NCBI GenBank assembly: GCA_000092065.1
Contig: CP000594.1
DNA: 64,000 nucleotides
Source: Ostreococcus lucimarinus
Taxonomy: Eukaryota
Direction: 5' to 3' (one strand)
The first letter of the stretch is position 1. Every line of letters starts with the position of its first letter. Both the position numbers and the translations under genes were made by a program. Positions 60,706-64,000 of the stretch are shown piece by piece. A model generated the notes under the pieces. It saw only the letters and a list, made by a program, of their open reading frames with translations. It ran no database searches and was not told where the DNA came from.

Positions 60706-61677
60706 CTATGTTTCCGTGGTGACGTACGTGTACACGTCTCCCGATCGCCCGAATCCTAGGGGTAGTTTTTTACCCACGATGCCCGCGTAATCGCCGACGC
60801 TCCATCGGACGCACCGCTCGTGGAGCGCGTGCGCGTGCGAACCCGGCTCGATGTTTGGATTATTCAAGAACTCGTCCACGCTCGCCCACTTCGCGCGCTC
60901 GATCTCTGTTTCCTGAATCTTAATCTCCCTCGACGCTCCATCCTTGACGCGCAGGCCGACGCAAAAGAATAAATCAGATTTGCCAAACAACCCAAAGTGG
61001 CCGTGTCGACACCCCACGACGGCGTCGAACGTCGTCTCGATCCCAGTCTCCTCCAACACTTCCCGCACCGCCGCGTCGGGAATGTCCTCCCCAGCCTCCA
61101 ACAACCCCGTCGGCATCTTCCACAGATCTCTCCCGCTCGCCGGACCTCGTCGTTCCTGCACGAGGAGCACCTTTTCGTTTTCGCCGTCGTACACAAACGC
61201 CCCGACGCCAACCTGATGCGACGCATTATTCGGTATCGTCGACGCCTCATCGCTCGGCAACCACGTCGTCATCATCACATACGTTCTTTCGGCGTGATGA
61301 AACTCAAATCCGCGCTCCTTCGCCACCGGAACCAACCGCGCGTCGTCGAGCGCGAGCTTCAGCCACACCCCTCGCGCGCCGCTCGCGCGCCACGTCGCCA
61401 ACCACCCTCCCAGCGTCGCGTCGAACGCCTCCGGCGTGCGCGCCGCCCTCACGAACGCATCGTGCGCGTTATCGACGATGATCCCACCGTATCGATCGAT
61501 CGTCCACGGCGCGTTCGTCGCCGTCGCCATCGACGTCCCCGCGGTCGCCGTCGTCGTCGTCGTCGCGTCGCGTCGTCGCGTCGCCTCGCGCGTCGCGCCG
61601 TGGCGCGTCGTTTTTCGCACCGTCGCTCGAGCGCGTCGTCGCGCGCACGCGACGAGCGTCCTCGCGAGCGTCGACAT
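60706..61677 (-). CDS. Nudix hydrolase (plant NUDT2/6/7-like ADP-ribose/NADH pyrophosphatase type)
   Basis: Nudix box GAFVYDGENEKVLLVQERRGPASGRDLWKMPTGLLEAGEDIPDAAVREVLEETGIET; N-terminal presequence-like region. Start at the ATG at 61677 (alternative at 61530). Confidence 0.8.
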   Translation of the reverse strand: MSTLARTLVACARRRARATVRKTTRHGATREATRRRDATTTTTATAGTSMATATNAPWTIDRYGGIIVDNAHDAFVRAARTPEAFDATLGGWLATWRASGARGVWLKLALDDARLVPVAKERGFEFHHAERTYVMMTTWLPSDEASTIPNNASHQVGVGAFVYDGENEKVLLVQERRGPASGRDLWKMPTGLLEAGEDIPDAAVREVLEETGIETTFDAVVGCRHGHFGLFGKSDLFFCVGLRVKDGASREIKIQETEIERAKWASVDEFLNNPNIEPGSHAHALHERCVRWSVGDYAGIVGKKLPLGFGRSGDVYTYVTTET

Positions 61678-61944
61678 GCGCGGCGCCGCGCGACCGCGCG
61701 CCGCGCGCGCGTCCGCGCGCCCACACACGCGGGTGTCGCCCCGCCACATCCCGGCACCCATATACATACCATCAAACACACCCAAAGTACGCATACAAAC
61801 CACATACGAAATACCACGCGAAATCCATCATTAAAATCAGGCACCCCCCGCCGCGCCCCATCGCGCGACAGGCGCGTCGATTTCGAAATCCCGCGTCGCC
61901 CGCGCGCCACTCCGCGACGCCGCGCGCGCCCGAGCGCACGCGCG

Positions 61945-64000
61945 ATGCCGCCCGCGCTGACGCCGAACGCGATATCCAATATTCTCGAACAGACCCACGG
62001 ATCGCAGGACTTCAAACCCATCGTCCAAGTGTTCGATCTGAAGGAATTGAAAACCAAACCCGACGCCGACGACGCCGCGAAGCGATTCCGCGTCCTCGCG
62101 TCCGACGGTGGATTCGCGGCGCAGGGATTGTTCGGGGCGGAGTTGAACGCGATGTGCGAGCGAGGGGAAATTACGAAATTCACGGTGCTGCGGTTGAGAG
62201 AGTACATCGTGAACGATCTGAACGGGAGACGGTGCGTGCGCGAGATGGGTTGGGATGGGCGGCGCGGCGCGGCGCGGCGCGGCGCGAGGGGCGAGACGAG
62301 ACGCGCGAGGATGGAGACGCGCGATCGAGGGATCGCGATGATCTTGGATGGAAGCGAGGAAGGCGGCGCGATGCGCGAGGGGGGTGACTGACGATCGTGC
62401 GAACGGACGAATGGTTTGAACGTAGGATTTTGATCGTCATGGACGCCGAGGTGATGGATCGGTACGACGCCGTCATCGGACAGCCGCGGGTGTGGCAGCC
62501 GGGGACTGGGACGAACGCGTCGACGGGGATGAACGCGGGGGGGATGCAACAGCAAAGAAACGCGTACGGAGGAGCGCCGGCGGCGCAGGTGGAAGGCTAC
62601 GGGTCGGGTGGAGGGAACGGCGCGAATCTGGCGACGGAACCGCCGCGCGCGAGCGGTGGCGGGTACGGTGGCGGCGCGCCGGCGGCGCAGGGGCAGTATC
62701 GTCGAGATGGTGGCGCGGTGGCGCGCAATGAGCAGCCGAGGTCCATCACGCCGATCCATGCGTTGAACCCGTACCAGAACCGTTGGACTATTCGCGCGCG
62801 AATCACGACTCCGTTGGAGTTGCGCTCGTATTCGAATGCGAAAGGCGAAGGTAAGGTGCTCGGCTTTCAAGTGCTCGATGCCGACGGAACGGAGATCAAG
62901 TGCGTGTGCTTTAACGACACCGCCGTGCGCCTCGCGGGGGAGTTACGTCAAGGCTTGGTGTACGAAATTTCCAAGGGAGCAATCGTCACGCCGCGCGACC
63001 CGCGGTACGCGATTTATCAGTACGAAATTAAGTTGGATAACCACGCGACGTTCGTGCCGTGTCCAGACGCCGAACGCGACATCAAGAAGATGGTATACAA
63101 GTTCAAGAAGCTTTCTGAACTCGACGCGCTCAACGCCGGAGATATGGTGGATGTCATTGGCATCGCATACTCTGTGGGTGATTTGACGACGATCATGAAG
63201 CGCGACGGTTCCGAAACTTCGAAGCGTTCTGTGATGATTCGCGACGACTCGGACACATCCATCGAGTTCACGCTTTGGGATCCGCACTCAGTCGAGATTG
63301 GCGGGCAAATCGAAAGCTTGATCGCTAGCGGCGAAAAACCCGTCATCGCGGTGAAGAGCTCTCGATTGGGCGAGTTCCAAGGCAAGAACATGGGCACCGT
63401 GAGCAGCACGATGGTAGAAATAAATCCCGACAGTTCCGAGGCGACGCGCATGCGCGTTTGGTTTGATCAAGGCGGCGCCGATAAAACTTTCAACTCCTTG
63501 AGCGGTTCTGGCGGTGGCGGCGGCAAAGGCAGTGGTGAATTGCTCTCGTTCTCGACTGTGAAAGAGATCGGTGAAGAACTCGTGGCTAAAAATGAGGGCG
63601 TGGCGTACCTGAGTTGCTGCGGTATCATAAAGCACATCAAACTCGGCGCGGAAGGTAACTTCTATCCCGCGTGTCCGTTGCTTAATGGTGAACGCACGTG
63701 CCAAAAGAAGCTGCGTAAAGATGACTCGACTGGTGAATGGAAGTGCGAACGTCACGCCGGTGAAAAAATCGAAGCCGCGGATTGGCGTTACATGTTTAGC
63801 ATGGTTTGCATGGATCACAGCGATGAGTATTGGGTGAGCGTTTTCGGTGACAAGGGTGACAAGATTTTCGGGATAAGCGCCGCTGAAATGAAGGAAATCT
63901 ACGACCGTGAACCGGAGCGATACGAAAACATGATCAGTGACGCACTGTTCAACGATTACTCTCTACGCGTTAAGGTCGCCGTTGACAACTACACCGACGT
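61945..64000 (+). CDS. RPA1: replication protein A 70 kDa subunit (RPA1), partial (3' end beyond the window); exon 1 is 61945..62231 and exon 2 starts at 62426
   Basis: Exon 1: MPPALTPNAISNILEQTHGSQDFKPIVQVFDLKELK...LREYIVNDLNGR is the RPA70N domain. It ends at ACG|GTGCGTG, and the acceptor aacgTAG|G restores ...NGRR|ILIVMDAEVM (cf. human DGRRVVILMELEVL). Exon 2 continues through a Gly-rich linker into DBD-A and DBD-B (ITPIHALNPYQNRWTIRARI...; CPLLNGERTCQKKLRKDDSTGEWKCERH zinc ribbon). It runs off the window end, so the track does not list it. Confidence 0.85.
62232..62425 (+). other. spliceosomal intron (194 nt) of RPA1
   Basis: GTGCGTGCGCGAGATGGGT... donor region; branch ggtgaCTGACgatcg 34 nt before acceptor ttgaacgTAG|G; contains a (GCGGCGC)n microrepeat. 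Confidence 0.8.

Noticed and set aside
60997-62870. ORFs 60997..62391 (+) and 61449..62870 (-) spanning the Nudix gene, RPA1 exon 1 and intron
   Set aside because: The plus ORF is a read-through of RPA1 exon 1 into its intron (GRR CVREMGWDGRRGAARRG...). The minus ORF is Arg-rich antisense.

Overview
This window is a GC-rich (roughly 65-70%), very gene-dense stretch of eukaryotic nuclear DNA; I see no bacterial or archaeal features. The protein homologies point to the green plant lineage: a plant-type S-adenosylmethionine synthetase, PsaH, CSP41, plastid ribosomal protein S5, a plant-type cryptochrome, and TGTAA poly(A) signals. The high GC content, tiny intergenic spacers and the presence of an axonemal protein fit a Mamiellophyceae picoalga such as Micromonas, but that is inference only. 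I can support about 40 protein-coding genes on both strands plus one tRNA-Ser(AGA). Head-to-head start codons are often only 45-400 bp apart. Convergent stop codons can be 57-120 bp apart, and one same-strand gene pair is separated by only 20 bp. Most genes are single-exon. I found four short spliceosomal introns, in an RRM gene, CSP41, PsaH and RPA1. All four share a GTGCGTG donor, a CTGAC branch point 20-34 nt upstream of a YAG acceptor, and recurring internal motifs, which looks like an introner-element-like family. The first Met of the supplied ORF track is often wrong here: several track ORFs begin at GTG or TTG, and many long Arg/Ala/Pro-rich ORFs are antisense artefacts of the GC-rich coding strand. 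I therefore re-derived starts from homology. Other points of note: an apparent +1 frameshift inside a NAD kinase gene that carries an N-terminal dual-specificity-phosphatase-like domain, a PncC(CinA-C)-NadD fusion gene, and a tandem repeat inside a bidirectional promoter. There are no CRISPR arrays, operons or obvious transposons.
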